51,594 bases of DNA from Octopus bimaculoides (taxonomy: Eukaryota): positions 2,879,058 through 2,930,651 of the forward strand of contig NC_069001.1 of NCBI RefSeq assembly GCF_001194135.2, in the 5' to 3' direction. Position numbers and translations under genes: made by a program. The notes below the pieces were generated by a model that was given only the letters and a program-made list of their open reading frames with translations, was not told where the DNA came from and made no database searches. Below are positions 49,349-51,594 of this stretch, in pieces. The first letter of the stretch is position 1, and every line of letters begins with the position of its first letter.

Positions 49349-49829
49349 ATATTCATGCTCACTCGCGCATGTACATTTATAATATATTGTATGTGTGCGC
49401 GCGTGCGCGTGAGTTACGTATTTATAAATCTTTCGGAATATCGAGAAACTAAATCTCGCTCACCACGGACTGATGTTATGGAAGGAAAGAGCGATAAAAA
49501 CAAAATACAACGGAATAATAATATCTCATTTATCATAGTGTCCTTCCGTAAAACCATCCCTTTCTATCTAGCAGGTGTTTTTTAAGCTCATCCCATTGTC
49601 GTGCCAGCGTATGCTAACTTTGGTATAAGCTTGCTTAGTGTATGAGAGAACCGACCGTATTACACTGTACCGTTTGTTATACCTGGGTATTTTTCCATCG
49701 ACCTTTTCCTAAATTATGATACTAGTCTTTGTATAATTATACATACACATGCACGCACACATACACACACGTAAACACACACGCACACACAAACACACGA
49801 AGCTGGCTAATTGAACTACGGGTATAATT

Positions 49830-49968
49830 CATTTTTGGCCGCTGAGTGAACAGGGGCAATGTGAAATGAAGCATCTTGCTCAAGGACACAATACGCTGCT
49901 AGGAATCGAACTCATGACTTTACAGTCGTTAGTTGAATACTCCTAACCACTAAGCCATATGCCTTCAC
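49830..49968 (-). mobile_element. SINE family D 5' part
   Basis: gtgaaatgaagcatcttgctcaaggacacaatacgc...ggaatcgaactcatgac...ctaaccactaagccatatgccttcac. Confidence 0.8.
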
Positions 49969-51003
49969 GTGACCGATCTAATATTAATGAAAACAGAGAT
50001 CAGTATCTATAGTGATAACAGAGATCACTGTATCTAGTCACACTAGATACAGCAAACACTAGAAACACTCCATAGCAATGCCACGGCATCAATTGTTCCT
50101 TTTATTATTTCTTCACTTGTAAGCTTTCTCAACCTAAAATATCATGGAACGTGAATACACGGCTCAGTGAACAATTCATACGACCCGATCTGTTCACCGA
50201 TCTTTTCCATGTTACTAAATACTGCAGTTAGTGAACATATTAACCACAATAGAAACTGGAAACACTCCCTAGCAATGTCACAGCATCATTCGATTTCTTC
50301 ACTCACAAACCTCATTCTTCCCGGATTAGCACACTTTCTATTATTATTCTTTCGCTTTCTTCCTTCCATTCGACCTTTCTTTATCCTATTCATACTCGGT
50401 TCCTTTCTTACTTTTCCATTGTTTCTTTAATTTTTTTTTATCTCGTTCTTTATTTCGCTTTTACTAGTTTCTTTTCTCGTTTTCATTTTTCCTTCATTTC
50501 TTTCTTTTAATTTGTCATATCTCTTTTTTGTGTTTGTTTTTTTAATTATTTCCCCCTTTTTATACGTTTTCTTCTTTATTCTCCTACCAGCACCGCCATC
50601 GCCAGTGCCACCCCAATTCCTTCTCATTATCTCCTCACCCTGCACTCTATCCACCCCTCCCCCCACATCTCCACCCGTTCCCCCACCCGTCACCCACTCC
50701 CCACCGCCACCATTGTTGTCATACTTTCAAGGAATAATCTCTTAAGACTATTTGTGAATTCTTATGAAGGTCTGTCACACTGCTAAAGACTCCCGGTTCT
50801 TCCAGCCTGCATACATGCACACGCACACACACGTACGTACATACATACATGCATACATACATGCATGCATATATACATGCATATATATATGCATATATAT
50901 ATGCATGCATGCGTACATACACATAAGTTGAAAAATACACACACGTAAAGACGCACTGAAATATGTCCACATGCATACATACATACATTTTCTCTCTCTC
51001 TCT

Positions 51004-51087
<84 letters not shown>

Positions 51088-51594
51088 GTGTGTATACATA
51101 TATGTGTGTGTATATATACACATACATATATATACACACAGACACAATAATTCAGCTTTCTTTTATTTGCTTTCCTCTCTCCCTCCCTTTCTCCCTTCTC
51201 CTTTTTCCATCTTTATACGTCATTCTTCCCTCGTCGCCTCCTCTTTCTCTCTCACTCCACTCCGTTATATTTGTCTATTGCTCATACTCACTCTTATGTT
51301 TCCCTCTCTCCTCTTCTCTTTCTCTCCCTTTCCGTCTCTCTCTCTTTCTCTCTACCCCTTCCTCTGCCCTCCACTCGCACCAGAGAAAAACTAATCCTTT
51401 AAAACTATTTGCAGATTCTTGTGAAGGTCTTAACTGTTGATAAGGACCTGGTCATTAGCTCAGGTTGTATACACATACATGCACAGGTATGTGTGTGTGT
51501 ACGTGTGAACGTATCCATGCATGTATGTGTGTGCGTATGTGTGGGTATATATATATATATATATATATGCGTATATCTATGTGTATGTGTCTAT

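Noticed and set aside
50028-50062. 11-bp perfect hairpin followed by CTAG, Helitron 3' end-like
   Set aside because: The base after CTAG is A rather than T, the stem is AT-rich, and no 5' TC end or helicase remnant is seen.

Overview
AT-rich animal genomic DNA from a gapped draft assembly, saturated with microsatellites ((TA)n, (CA)n, (TAA)n, (TACA)n, (GATA)n, (GGT)n). The tRNA-derived SINE families and repeat density resemble a coleoid cephalopod, most likely Octopus (inference). Only one credible host gene is visible: an uninterrupted 400-aa ORF at 8724-9926 (-) with a signal peptide, three FGFR/FGFRL-type Ig domains, no kinase or cytoplasmic part, and a C-terminal tail shaped like a GPI-anchor signal. 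It looks like a single-coding-exon, lipid-anchored FGF-receptor-like decoy. A strong phase-1 splice donor sits exactly at the end of Ig domain 3, so the ectodomain might alternatively be spliced to transmembrane exons not seen here. Almost all other ORFs in the track are microsatellite or N-gap artefacts. The rest is transposon debris: an internally deleted Hsmar1-like mariner, a maT (DD37D) remnant, a decayed pogo/Tigger transposase, an R4/Dong 3' end in a (TAA)n tract, a Penelope-like GIY-YIG remnant, three MITEs, a fold-back element and over 25 SINE copies or fragments. CpG density steps up near 13.4 kb, suggesting a historical germline methylation boundary. All calls are by eye; no searches were run.
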